Shown one piece after another: positions 26,171 to 38,210 of a DNA stretch of 64,000 nt (position 1 is the stretch's first letter; each line of letters begins with the position of its first letter). The DNA comes from Narcine bancroftii (Eukaryota). Under the pieces are notes generated by a model that was not told the DNA's origin, did no database searches, and was given only the letters and a program-made list of their open reading frames with translations. A program made the position numbers and the translations under genes. The stretch covers positions 84,320,001 to 84,384,000 of the forward strand of contig NC_091480.1 in assembly GCF_036971445.1 (NCBI RefSeq), in the 5' to 3' direction.

Positions 26171-26629
26171 AATTTTATAATTTTATTTTATAGATTCTAT
26201 TGATGTTCTCCTATTTCCTCTTCCCAGATGTATCTTGCGTTATGATCTGCACCACCGCCACTTGTCCCTTTCAATCTCTTCATCTCTTCTGGAATCCATC
26301 CTATTAGAGATGTTTAACACTCTCCGTCCTTCCATACTTACTCTGTAATTTAAAACTGTTGACCTTTCATTTCTCTAACCTGCTAAGTATTTTCAGTAGT
26401 CTTGATTTGAATAGAACAGAATGTATTTTCTTCTTCCTTACAAAACTAGGCTTTTTTGTCTTCATATGTATGAAATAAGATAACAATAATATGTTAATTC
26501 TTCTGCTACCTCTCAGATGAATATGTAGAGCAAAGGTTAATATGGGGGAAAATGGTTTATGATGAAGGATAGATTTAATTTGAGTGTTCCAAACTGTGCA
26601 ACCTGAGGAATGAATGAGTGCTGAGTGAA

Positions 26630-29270
26630 ACAGGGAAGTCTGGAAATGCTGTGATTTTAGTGAACACACACTGAAATACTGGAGGAACTCATCCGGTCTT
26701 TACCACTTTGATAGGAGACAAAAAAAAGTTACAGGCCAGAGCCCTTCTTTAAGAAATAAGCCACTGTAGGAAATCTCAGAATTCAAACAATGGGAGAGGA
26801 ATCTAGACCAACAAAAGTTGTTAATTGGATGTGATAAGGAACAAAGTATGAATTTATTATGTTTGTGCAAAAGGAGATGGAGAGAGAGAAAGGGAAAGGC
26901 TATGGTGGGGAGGGGGGTGGTTAATGAAAGCCAGAGAAGTCGATGTTAACGCCATCTGGTTGGAGGGTGCCCAGTCGGAAGATGAGGTGTTGTTCCTCCA
27001 AGTTACGGGTGTTCTCAGTCTGGCAGGGCTTGAGAGCATGGACAAGACATGTCAGCAAGGGAAAGGGATGGAGAATTGTAATGAGTTGCCACTGGGAGAT
27101 CCAAGCCATTGGGTCCAAATGGTGGCGAGGGAGGAGGTGTGGCGCAAGTGGGGCATCTCCTGTGGTCACAGGGGTAGGTCCCAAGGGGACGATTGGTGGG
27201 GAGGGAGGAGTGGACAAGAGGGAGCAGTCCCTGCGGCAGGGAGTCATGGAGGGAGCAGTCCCTGCGGAAGGTGCAGAAGTGAGGAGAGGGGAATATGTGT
27301 CTCGTGGTGGGTTCATGTAGTAGACGGCAGAAGAGGATGTGGGGGATGTGGAGGCTGGTGGGGTGGTAGGTGAGGACGAATCCAGTCCTTGTTGCACGTG
27401 GGAGTGGAGGGGTCCAGGACAGATGTGTGTGTAATTGAGGATATGTAGGTGAGGGCCGAGTTGATGGTGATAGAGGAAAAGTTGTGCTGTTTGAAGAAGG
27501 AGGACATCTCTGATGATCTGGCATGGAAGTTCTCATTCTGGGTGCAGATGCGATGGAGACAGAAGAATTGAGAGAAGGGAATGGAATCCTTACAGGGGAC
27601 AGGGTGGGAAGAGGTGTTGTTGAGGTCGCTGTAGGACTTGGTGGGTTTGTAGAAGATGTCTGTCAAGAGTTTGTCTCCTGAGAAGGGGACAGAGAGAGAG
27701 ATCGAGGAAAGGGAGAGTGTTGCTCGAGATGGACCAAGTGAATTTGAGGTCAGGGTAGAAGTTGGCAGTTTAGTGGATGAAGTGAACGAGCTCATCATGG
27801 GTACATGAGGCAGCACCAAAATAGTCAAGAGTTGAGGGGCCTTGTCTGTTTAGGCTCGTAGCATGGATTGCTCCATGTAGCCAATAAAAATGCAGGCATA
27901 GCTGGTGCCCATGTGGGTACACATGGCCACCCCTTTAACCCGGAGAAAGTGGGATGAGTCAAAGGAAAAATTATTGTGAGTGAAGACGTTCTGCCAGGTG
28001 GAGGAAGGTGGTGGTAGAGGGGGACTGTTTGGTTCTATTGTTCAGAAAGAAATGAAGGGCTTTGAGGTCTTCATTATTGGAAGTGCATAGTCTTGGATGT
28101 CCATGGTAAACATGAGGCGATCGAGTTCAGGGATCTAGAAATTGTTGATGGAGGGCATGTGGAGTGTCCCGGATGTAGGTGAGGAGGGACTGGATCGGGG
28201 AGACAAAACAGAGTCAGGTTGAGCAGAGACCAATTCGGTGGGACAGGAGCACATAGACGCGATGGGTCTGCTGGAACAATTGGGTTTGTGGATCTCGGGT
28301 AGGTGGTGGTGCGGGGTTAGGAAACAAAGTGGTTGGAGGTTGTGCCAGGGAGGTGACCAGAAATGATGAGTTCAGAGTTGGTGCGTGATAGAGTGGTTTG
28401 ATGAGTTTTGGTGGGGCCCTGTTGGAGGGGTAAGTAAGAGGAGATGTTTGAGAGTTGTCACCTAGCTTCGGCCATATGGCGGTCAGTGCTCCAGTCCACA
28501 GCAGTGCCACCCTTGTCTGAGGATTTGATAGGGAGGTTGGGATTAATGCGGAGAGAGAGGAGGGCCAGGCATTCCAAGAGGGTGAGATTGGAACAAGTGA
28601 GGGGAGTAGTGAAGTCAATATGGTTGATGTCATGGTGGCAGTTGAAAATGCAAAAGTACAGAGCAGGCAGAAGGCGGGTCAAGGAGGAAGGAAGGTTGAA
28701 AGTAGGAGAAGGAATCTGTAGTGGGGGTGGAGAATTGTGGAGCTTGGAGACTGAGCCAACGAAAGAAGAGTTCATCATCATGGTGTGGGTGGAACTTGTT
28801 AAGGAGTGGGCAAAGGGGGAAGAAGTTAAGGCCTCTACTGAGGATTGTGCATTAGGTCTCCAAGAGTGGAAGGTCAGAGGGGATGATGAGGACCAGCCAG
28901 GGGTTAGGGGTGGTTCAATGGAGTGGGAGGGGAGGAAGATGGGGTTGATCAGGAGGTGGAGCGCAGGAAGGGTCCAAGGGAGGGTTGGGACGGATGGGGT
29001 GGAGAGAGGCCCATGCGGCCCGCAGAGCCAGGAGCTTGGTCCTGTAGGTCACAGAGGCCAAGGTAGAAACCGGCGTCTGAAGCTCAGTTCTGTAGATCGC
29101 TGAGTTCAGGGAAAAAGTTCACGTTGGCCAAGACTGAGACCCGCATGTGAAGCCTGGTCCTGTGGCCCAGCGGGTTTGGGGTTAAAATTCATGTCAGATA
29201 TTGATCCTGTAGGTCAACGAAGCCGAGGTGGAGACCCGCATCAGGAGCTCAGTCCTGCACAAAGCTCAGA
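26630..29270 (-). mobile_element. Penelope-like retroelement (RT + GIY-YIG), frameshifted, within an IFI35 intron
   Basis: Minus-strand peptides IKSSDKGGTAVDW, TDIFYKPTKSYSDLNNTSSHPVPCKDSIPFSQF, GTYPCDHRRCPTC, NLEEQHLIFRLGTLQPDGVNIDF, followed by the terminal repeat family dispersed in this window. Confidence 0.85.
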
Positions 29271-30285
29271 CCTCTGATTTTTAAGGCAGACTTGATAGAA
29301 GAAAGTTTCTGTGCTCTAGCTCCCCATCTCCTTCCCTTTTAGTCATTGATCTACTGTCTTACCACCAGGGTACATTTTCCTTTGCCCTCTGCCTCTTCCC
29401 CCGTCACCTCCCAGCTTTTTACAGTTCGAAATGAGAAAAAAAATACTGGGATTATAGGTCATTTAGGTGTAATTGGACAGCACGGACTCGTGGTCTGAAA
29501 GGGCCTGTTACCGTGCTGTATGTCAAAATTAAAAGTTAAATAAATTTAAAAGTCCAAAAATCCGGATGCCAGAAATGTGGATCACCCGAGAATCAGACTT
29601 CTCGAAACTCTCACCTGAAATCCAGATTACCTGAAAATCCAGATTTCGTGGAAACTCTCAGCTTTGGCGTGCATGCATTGTGTGTGTTCGCGCCCGCACT
29701 GTATAAGGGCCACAGAGGCACTGCCCGAGAATTCGGAAAATCCGAAAACCAGACCAACCCATTCCCCATGCGGTCCAGATTTTAGGTCTTTTACTGCCCT
29801 TCTTTCCTCATTTCTTTCCTCTCCCACCTATCTTCACCATTCATGTGCCAGCTCATTCTCCTCACCCTTGCCCTCTGTGGTGGTATGAGGTATACCTCTG
29901 TAATAACTGTATGTACTGGCCTGGACCACCTTTCCCTCTGACTCCTCCCAGGAGATTCCCTAATAAAGATCCCAACCCAAGGCCTTGACCCCAGATCACT
30001 TCCTGCTTGGATCCAGGCCAGATGCTCTCAGAGCCCCAGCTAATGTCTAAGCTAACAAAAGCCTTTTGACTCCAATCTACTGCCTCATGGTGTCACTTGA
30101 TTGCCCATCACCCCCCTCCCCCACTTTTTATTTGGCCATCTGCCCTCTTTCTAGCCAGTCCTGATAAAGTGTTTCAGATTTCATATTCATTGTCAGCGTA
30201 CACACATGACATCACATACAACCCTGAGATTCTTTTCCTGAGGGTCAGGCAGAATTACCACTTTTTGGTAGTTCAAAAAAAGTGT

Positions 30286-31305
30286 TGTGGCAGATTATGT
30301 TGTGTTTGTATCGTGTATATAGATATGTTTTTGGGAGATAAATTGGGGAAGGTTTTTTAGTGTAGGTCACATACAAACACTTCAAAACAGATCTCATTTA
30401 AAATACTGGAGCTCTGCTCAAGCCAGATGGGGCGGCTCCTGGGGGCCTTTGCAAAAGCTTTGGGGAGTGCCCAAGAGACTTCACTAATGGATTGTTGTTT
30501 TTTAGAAAGCAACAGATGAAAGAGATCGGAGGAATAGTTCGGAGCTGCAGGTTGTCTGGGAGTGCAGCTTGCTGTTCTATGAGGGTCATGTGGTTTTTGC
30601 AAGCAGANNNNNNNNNNNNNNNNNNNNNNNNNNNNNNNNNNNNNNNNNNNNNNNNNNNNNNNNNNNNNNNNNNNNNNNNNNNNNNNNNNNNNNNNNNNNN
30701 NNNNNNNNNNNNNNNNNNNNNNNNNNNNNNNNNNNNGTCAGCAGCTGGGACTGGAACAGGACAAGCTGGAAAGCTTGTGGAAAACCCCATTTGGAAGATG
30801 GGTTGTGAGTGCTTAGTTCAGCCTGGTCAAAGCCCTTGTGGTTCATGCAAGAGGAGAGGACTGGCTGCCTAATATTTCACTTGAAATAAGAGAAACAAAA
30901 AGGAACTCTGTGGTGACCTGAAAGATAGAGGTTATCGTCTGGAGAACCCTGATGGGGCAAGTTTTTTCGCCAAGATACTGACATGGCTGATTAAAAAGGA
31001 TCAGTTTTTGTCCAGGAACAACAAATCTCTCTCTGAAAACCGACAAGTACCTTCCTGAGCGGTTAAGAATAACCAGTGAACTTGGAGGAATAAGAAATGA
31101 GATTGGTCTGTGAATCAAAGAACTTTTCTGAACTTACATACACGTGCGCTTAGAATTAGAAGGGGGCTAAGTTTGGTTAGTTAAGTTAAAGTTTGATCCT
31201 GTTTTCATGTTTAAAGATAATTAAAAGCAACTTTTGTTTAAGTAACTATTTGTCTTGGTGAATATCTGTTGCGGCTGGGTTTTGGGGTCCTCTGGGCTTT
31301 TAACA
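30286..31305 (+). mobile_element. Solo LTR (~1 kb, Gypsy-like), contains an assembly gap
   Basis: tgtggcaga...ctgggcttttaaca TG/CA ends; homologous in reverse orientation to 55489-56420 and 37696-37990. Confidence 0.7.
30608..30736. other. Assembly gap (129 N)
   Basis: Run of n characters. Confidence 1.
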
Positions 31306-32714
31306 ATGTAAACAAATAAACAGATAGTGAATGTAAAAAAAAACTGCAACACAGAGAATAAAAAAAATCAATACCGTGCAAAAATAAGAGTCCCTAAATG
31401 AGACCCTGATTGAGTTTGTGGTCGAGGGGTAAGATGGAGGAGGGGGAGCAGCTATTTCTGAACCTGGTGGTGCAAGTCTTGTGGCACCTAGACCTCTTTT
31501 CTGATGGGAGCAGCGAGGACAGAGCCTGTGATGTGCATTGTGTGGTGTGGATCCTTGATGATTGCTGTTGCTCTCCCATAGCAGTGTTCCCCGTAGATGT
31601 TCTCGAAGGTGGGAAGGGTTTTGCCTGCGATGTGGTGGGCTGTGTCCATTACCTTTTGCAGAGCTTTCCACTCAAGGGTGTTGTGGACTTCATTTCAGAT
31701 TGTGATGCAGCGGGTCAGCACAATTTCCACCACACCCCTGTAGAAATTTACCAGAGTTTCTGATGTCATACCAAATCTCCGCAAACTCCTGAGGAAATAG
31801 AGTCAGCCTGAAACATTTTGTGAATGTTAAGTTCCTCCTCTAGATTTGATGTGGCATACTCCCATGGCATGTAACCTTCGTGTACAGTATTTGAATGAAT
31901 GCATGCTAAATATATCTCTGCTAAGAAGCCAATATCCACTTTAACTCCACCCTCTTCAGCATCCTGACCCGAAATATTGCCTGACCATTTCTCCCCGAGA
32001 ATGCTGCCTGACCCGCTGGGTGCATTCAACTTTTGCTTTTATGCCTTTCATTTGCTGTTATGTCAGAAGGGAATAGTTCGGCGTGTTCAAAGAATAACTG
32101 GTCTGGACACGGGCTGAATGTAGAAGTAATCTTTATTGAAACACGTCGCAACAGGGATAACAGGCAAACATTTTCAATCACACAACACCGTGCAGCCAGT
32201 CACATTGGACTGATACCATTAACTGTTTACACTCTTACAAGCAACCCTGTCACATCGGACGTAACACTACTGATACTAGCCACTGTTTATACAGACTTAT
32301 CACAACCAAAGACTACATTACCTGTCATTCCTTGTTTAACATGGGCACAGCACAGGTGCTAGCTACAACAGTATACAATAGCCCTGATCCCTATTTAGTG
32401 CAGAACTTACAACTCCTCCAGCATTGCCTTAGCAAGGTTTATCTCTGGGCTGAAGAGCAAAGGAGAAAGTGATACAGCAGCGGTGGATTTTATAATGCAG
32501 TAAAGCTTGCAGGTCCAGCCCAATTAATCATTAAAAGGGGTCAGTGGTCAGGTGGGCATGAATGGATGGGCAGAGTCCAAGCTTGATTGGCAGGCGATGT
32601 GGGTTCCGACTAAGTTCCAGATGGAGAGGTCACGAGATCTTCCACAACCCACATTCCCACCAGGTTCAAGATGGAGAGGCCACATGACTCTCACCATCCA
32701 CAATACAGTTGCTG

Positions 32715-32857
32715 ATCTTATTTAATGGTGAATTAAATTTTTTTACTTTCTTACATTCTCATGTACTTAATAGGAAATCGAAGTATCACTAAAACTGACT
32801 TGGACTCAAAGGCTTGATCAACCCATCACTCCTCATGCTCAATAACATGCTCAACTG
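32715..32857 (+). repeat. Left arm of a 143-bp inverted repeat
   Basis: Reverse complement of 33995-34137 with 1 mismatch. Confidence 0.95.
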
Positions 32858-33029
32858 AGATTTTGGGATTACTTTCTACTTGTTACTTTTGGCAGAATGA
32901 AAATGCTGAGTCGCTGTCAGATACAGCTGTTGCATCATCTAAGGGAGAAGCTTGTATCCTGAGCTCACTACTCTCCCTTCTGCCTCAAGCACCCTCAAAG
33001 GATTTTTTACTTTTATTGCTCTTCTACAG

Positions 33030-33146
33030 GAGAAATTGAAGGACATAGATAAAGAAATTGAGATTGCTATCAAGGACCAGGATACCATAAAGGAGAATTT
33101 AGCAAACATTGATGAGCGGAAAGCAAAGATGGAATGGCAGCTTAAG
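33030..33146 (+). CDS. IFI35: IFI35 coding exon 4 of 9 (coiled-coil / leucine-zipper-like)
   Basis: cttctacag|EKLKDIDKEIEIAIKDQDTIKENLANIDERKAKMEWQLK|gtaaga. Confidence 0.85.
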
Positions 33147-33702
33147 GTAAGACGGACATAGCATTCTGTTAGATGTCCACCAGAGAAAGCGAACAATTGC
33201 ATCAGGTGCTCGCATAAAATTTAAATATAAAATTAGTAATAGAGCCCTGGTCCATGAGCCCGTGCCACTCAAATACCCCAATTAACCGATAAACTGCATA
33301 TGCTTTTGTAGGGAAAGTGGAGCATCCATGCAAGACATGGGGAAAACATACAAGCTCCTCAGAGACAGCATCGGATAAAATACTTACCTCTTAGCAGTGA
33401 CTTGCATTGAGTGAACCCATGAATGACCACTTGAGTTCACTGTGGGTAGCGGCAAGAGGGAACAGTAGAGGCAACAATAGAAAGGGCAGAGCAAAGGGCA
33501 TGTGGAAATTGTTCAGGCAGAAGGCTTCCATCTTGTAGCGAAGGAGTTCTTCAAGAGGAGCAGCTTGGAGAATCCCAGTCATTAATATTGGATTGTATGT
33601 CTTAGTCATCTTCTAATCTTGTTTAATAAGAATATACTTTTACTCCGAGTACCATGCTCTTGTTTTCCATGTCAATGACATTCACATGCCGGCTTTCTAC
33701 AG

Positions 33703-33850
33703 ATTTCATCGTGCATGCCTGAGAAAAGATGGGTTTTCACTGGCCAAGAAATAAAAGACAATGAGCAGGAAGTAAAATTTGACGTCAAGCCAAAAATTCA
33801 GTATCCCATCAAAGGCGGATGCGCATTAATCACGTTTGATGATGTCAAAG
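33703..33850 (+). CDS. IFI35: IFI35 coding exon 5 of 9
   Basis: ttctacag|ISSCMPEKRWVFTG...KPKIQYPIKGGCALITFDDVK(G)|gtaaca; matches the IFI35/NMI 'PLVFRG...SALITFDD' segment. Confidence 0.92.
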
Positions 33851-33994
33851 GTAACACACTTTTTTTCCCTCAGCAGGAAGATTGGGCATAAGGGACCAAT
33901 TATGCATAATTAATGACCAGCAGTGTCATTTTAATTTGGATTCTGGTGAGCAAGATTAAACGGTTATTCACTGGAGTGTTCTCCAAACTGACTC

Positions 33995-34137
33995 CAGTTG
34001 AGCATGTTATTGAGCATGAGGAGTGATGGGTTGATCAAGCCTTTGAGTCCAAGTCAGTTTGAGTGATACTTCGATTTCCTATTAAGTACATGAGAATGTA
34101 AGAAAGTAAAAAAATTTAATTCACCATTAAATAAGAT
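33995..34137 (-). repeat. Right arm of a 143-bp inverted repeat
   Basis: Reverse complement of 32715-32857 with 1 mismatch. Confidence 0.95.
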
Positions 34138-34184
34138 TGGGACTGTTCACGTGCTCCATTTTCCCACTTATCTCTATATCCAAA

Positions 34185-35020
34185 TATCAGATTTATTGTC
34201 AGAATACATCACATACTACCGTGAGATTCCTTTTTCCTGCAGGCGTGGTAAAATTACACTAATTGGTAGTGCAAAAAAAGCTGTACACAGTGTATTCATG
34301 TAAACAAATAAAGAGCTGTAAACAGATAACAAATGTAAACAAACTGACCTGAATTACAGAGACAATAAAAAAGAAAATCAATTAAGTGTCTTTAAATGAG
34401 TCTCTGATTGAGTTTGTCATTGAGGAGTTTGATAGTGGAAGGGTAGCAGCTGTCCCTGAACCTGGTAGCGTGAGTCTTGTGGCACCTCGACCTCTTGTAG
34501 GCAGTAGTGAGAACAGAGCAGGTGCTGGGTCTTTGATGATTATTGCTACGTTCCGACAACAAAGTTCCCTGTAGATGTGATCAGTAGTGGGGAGAGTTTT
34601 GCCTGTGAGGCGCTGGGCTGTGTACACTACATTTTGGAGGCCTTTACACTCAAGGGAGTTTGGTGTCCCTGTACCAGACGGTGAAACAGCTGGTCAGCAC
34701 ACTTTCCACACCTCTGTAAAAATTTGCCAGGCTTTCTGGTGTCATACCAAACCCCCATAAGCTCCTGAGGAAGTAAAGGCGCTGACCTGCTTTCTTCACG
34801 ATGCCATTGGTGTGTTGGGCCCAGGAAAGATCCTCTGAGATAGTGAACTTAAACTTGCTCACCCTCTCCACCAATGATCATTAGATTGTCCACCTCTGGC
34901 TTTCCTTTCCTGAAGACAACAATCAGCTCCTTAGTTTTGGTGGCATTGAGTGCAAGATTGTTGTTGGTGCACCATTCAGCCAAGTCATCAATCTCTAACA
35001 GTATGCTGACTCATTTGTAG
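34185..35020 (-). mobile_element. Rex1/Babar-like LINE 3' fragment
   Basis: KKAGQRLYFLRSLWGFGMTPESLANFYRGVESVLTSCFTVWY; TGKTLPTTDHIYRELCCR. Confidence 0.7.
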
Positions 35021-35399
35021 ATGGTGTTGAAAACTATTATGCGTGCGCAACTAAAATCCAAGCATCCTCAGCCCGAGCTTGTTGAGATTTCCAAAGATTT
35101 GTCATCTTCAGAGTTTAAAAACATCACCTCCTTTCAGTCCTAAATAACCGATTTCTTTACCCTGAGACCATGGTCCCTGGTTCTTGATCTTCCTTCCTGA
35201 GGATACGGATTCTCAGCATCTGTTAAGCCTTGGCAAAACCTTGAATGTACCAATGAAATAACTTCCAATTCTGTCAAATTTCAAAGAGTATAAATGCCCT
35301 GTGTGAACCTTTACCATATCACCAAAGTCCTAACTTCAACTTTGAACTGGTTTCCAAAAAAACGAACTCCTGGCTAACAGAGTTTTACTGCATTCAGGA

Positions 35400-35591
35400 T
35401 GTAGCACGTCAAACCAAGGCTTTTATTAGCAAAAGACTGGAGCGTATTACATCGAGGTCGACCAGTCCAGACTGACCTGGGTCTGGTTAGGACCTGCCAG
35501 TGGGTGTGGCTATGGTTCTCAGCCAATCACTACGACTCTATGTAAATATATACAAATGTATACATTGGTGATAGTATTCTGTATGATCACA
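35400..35591 (-). mobile_element. Solo LTR, same family as 7732-7961
   Basis: TG...CA ends, flanks cagga/gagga, reverse-complement similarity to 7732-7961. Confidence 0.6.
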
Positions 35592-35689
35592 GAGGATTAG
35601 AAATTCATTTGTACTAATCAGGGCCTGCTTATTGAATGCTGCTTCTGAAGTTTGTTTCAATTGAAGTGGAGTTGCTTTCTCAGAGACAT

Positions 35690-36045
35690 TATAGGCCAAG
35701 GAGAGACCCGATAGAAGTTTATAAAATGATGAAAGGCATTCAAAAGAGAGAGAGAATCTTTTTCCCACATACTAGAGGGCATGAATTTGAGGCGAGGGCA
35801 GAGGAGTTTAAAGTGATGTGCTGGGCAAGTTTTTTTTTTACACAGAGAATGGTGGGTGCCTGGAACAGGCTGCCATGGGCAGTGGTGAAAGCAGATGCAA
35901 TAGTAGTTTAAGAATCTTCTATATAAACACAACTATAAAGGGGATGGAAGGATTTATATCAAGTACGAGCAGCAGAGTTTTAGTTGAACCTGGGTAGCAT
36001 GTTCAGCACAGTCAAGTGGGCTGAAGGGCCTGTTCTATGTTCAAT
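35690..36045 (+). mobile_element. CR1-clade LINE 3' end
   Basis: RDPIEVYKMMKGI...TRGHEF...FFTQRMVGAWNRLP; tail gggctgaagggcctgttct. Confidence 0.75.
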
Positions 36046-36471
36046 GTTACTGTAATGTGAAGTTGTCTGTAGTACACAGACATTCACTATATGTTTAGCA
36101 CAAGTGACCTGATGCGTTGTCAATAGCTCAAAAGACTAGAAGTTACCTGATTGGTGTTTATTACCATAAACAGAAAGCACATCTCATATTGTTGACCCGA
36201 GACCAGAGCTTGTTCTGGGTGGGGATGTGGGGGGGGAAGGGAGGGGTTATGGCATTGCTGCCTTTATTAGGGGAATCAAGGGGAAGAGCCACAAGTACAA
36301 TCAGGAAGGGGCAGGCCAGCCAAACACATACAAACATATTAACAGTGGTTCCACCACATGACCGAGAAGAAGTTTCCACCCATTCTGTTTTGTCCGGAAC
36401 TACCTGTAATGACAATGGAACCGTTAAAATGGCTTGCCTTTCCATTTTCTGTTTTTGAATCATTATTACAG

Positions 36472-36578
36472 TTGCTGGGAAGATATTGGAGATGGAGAAT
36501 CACAAGATTGAAATTGGAGAGTGTTCAATAAATATAAAAGCTCGCCCCATGCAGCTGCCAACAGTAGAAGAAATTGAA
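36472..36578 (+). CDS. IFI35: IFI35 coding exon 6 of 9 (NID1)
   Basis: ttacag|(V)AGKILEMENHKIEIGECSINIKARPMQLPTVEEIE|gtaagt, phase 1-0. Confidence 0.93.
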
Positions 36579-37175
36579 GTAAGTGTGGTTGCTGCCGGCT
36601 GATCGTCCACCCAGTGGAGGGACAGCCGATTCCCACCAAAGCATGAGAGAGACTGCAGGGGCTTGCGTTAGAAGGAAAAGCTGGATAGACGGGAACTTTC
36701 TCCCTGGGTCGTAGGAGGCTAAGGGGGACCTTAAAGGGTTCTGTAAAATCATGAAGGGCGCAGATAAGGTCAGAAGTCTTTTTTGCAAAGTAGTTACAGC
36801 AGGGGTGTAACTTTTTCTTGGTTGTGGGCCAAACACAGGAAAAAATGTAAGGAGTCATGGCCCAAACAACATTAAGCCCGGCAGTTTTCAACTGCACAGA
36901 GCCACGGCAGTCAAACTGGGTAGATGGACCCCTTAGAGGGGGCCAAAATGGGCAACAGGCCACAGTTGGCCTGGGGGCCATATTTTGGTCACCCCTGACC
37001 GAGTTGATATCACTCGGCCACAAGCTACACTGTGGTATCTCCAGGGTCCAGCCACTGTGGAATGGACGTTAAATTGAGAGCTCTCCTGAGCTTAGCTTGG
37101 ATGGTTATGATTCAGGTCTGCACGAAACCTACCATCTGTCTCCGTGACACTGAAATGGATGAACTCTTCCTGCAG

Positions 37176-37362
37176 ATTCAAACCCAGGTCTCCAAACATT
37201 GTGTGCTGATTTCAGAAATCCCGAAGTTTCTTCCAACCATGCAGCTTCTGGACAAGTTAGAACTCCACTTCAGCAAACCCAGGAACAACGGAGGGGAAGT
37301 GGACAAAATTGAGATGTTGGAAGATTCTGGAAATGTGGTGATTACCTTTGTTGAGGAAGGAA
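37176..37362 (+). CDS. IFI35: IFI35 coding exon 7 of 9 (NID1/NID2)
   Basis: ctgcag|IQTQVSKHCVLISEIP...LLDKLELHFSKPRNNGGEVD...SGNVVITFVEEG|gtaaga; NID signature LLDKLE.FSK.RN.GGEVD. Confidence 0.95.
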
Positions 37363-37695
37363 GTAAGATATCAAATGTCGTCTGAAAATTAATGCAGATA
37401 TCCCTCCTGTTATTAATCATTTCCTTCTAACTGTCCACAAATTTGGTGCTTGAGCGCTGCTGAATTTCATTAACCTTCAATGTGTGCAGCATTTCACTTA
37501 TTCAAAGTTCCTTCAACTTTGTTTAGATTCACGTTTGCCCACTAGCTCTGTAAGAGACTGTGATTTAATACATTAGTCCAATGAGGATCTGCTAAGAGTT
37601 TATTTAAGTTCAGTTTAGTTTACACAATGTATTCCTCTATACCTCTTTTCTAAACCCATTTGGACGGTCTTACTATGTTAAACCTCTAATACAAA

Positions 37696-37990
37696 TGTTA
37701 CGAGCCCAAAGCACCCCAAAACCCAGCAGCAATAGACATTCACCAAGACAAGTAGTTTTTAAAAACAAAAGTTGTTTTTAATCAACTTTAAACATGAAAA
37801 TAGAATCAAACTTTAACTTATCTCTATACTTAACTAAACCAAATTAACCCCTTTCTAATTCTAAGTGCATGTGAATGATGTGTGTGTAAATTTAAGAAAA
37901 GTTATTTGGTTCACAGATCTGTTTTAAAATGTGTGTATGTATATAACCTACTCTAATTTTACCAAATTCCTCCCAATATTTATCTATTAC
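37696..37990 (-). mobile_element. Internally deleted LTR, family of 55489-56420
   Basis: tgttacgagcccaaagcaccccaaaacccagcagcaatag... matches the start of 55489-56420. Confidence 0.6.
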
Positions 37991-38029
37991 GCAAATGCAA
38001 GTTAATGTCGAGTATTAGAGTTTCATTGA

Positions 38030-38210
38030 TTCGCAACCTTTTTTTTCCTTCTACTCACCTATCATCTTAGGTAATCCCTTCCTAACCACATCACCCATAG
38101 CATAGGATGCCATTAGTGCTGTGTGGTTCGGAAGGGATTACTTAACCATATAACCATTTACGGAGCGGAAAGTGGTATGTGAGTGGAAAGAAAAAGGTTG
38201 CGAACCACTG
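38030..38210. mobile_element. hAT-like palindromic MITE
   Basis: ttcgcaacctttttt...taatccct...agggattacttaa...gaaaaaggttgcgaaccactg; same family at 59666-59791 and 63322-63455. Confidence 0.6.

Larger units (their letters stand above)
30170..31810 (-). mobile_element. Rex1/Babar-like LINE 3' fragment split by an LTR insertion
   Basis: ALSSLLPSEKRSRCHKTCTTRFRNSCSPSS peptide; the 3' UTR halves (30170-30285 and 31306 onward) rejoin around the LTR. Confidence 0.65.

Noticed and set aside
26921-29103. Several + strand ORFs of 125-219 aa
   Set aside because: Antisense shadows of the decayed Penelope element on the minus strand.
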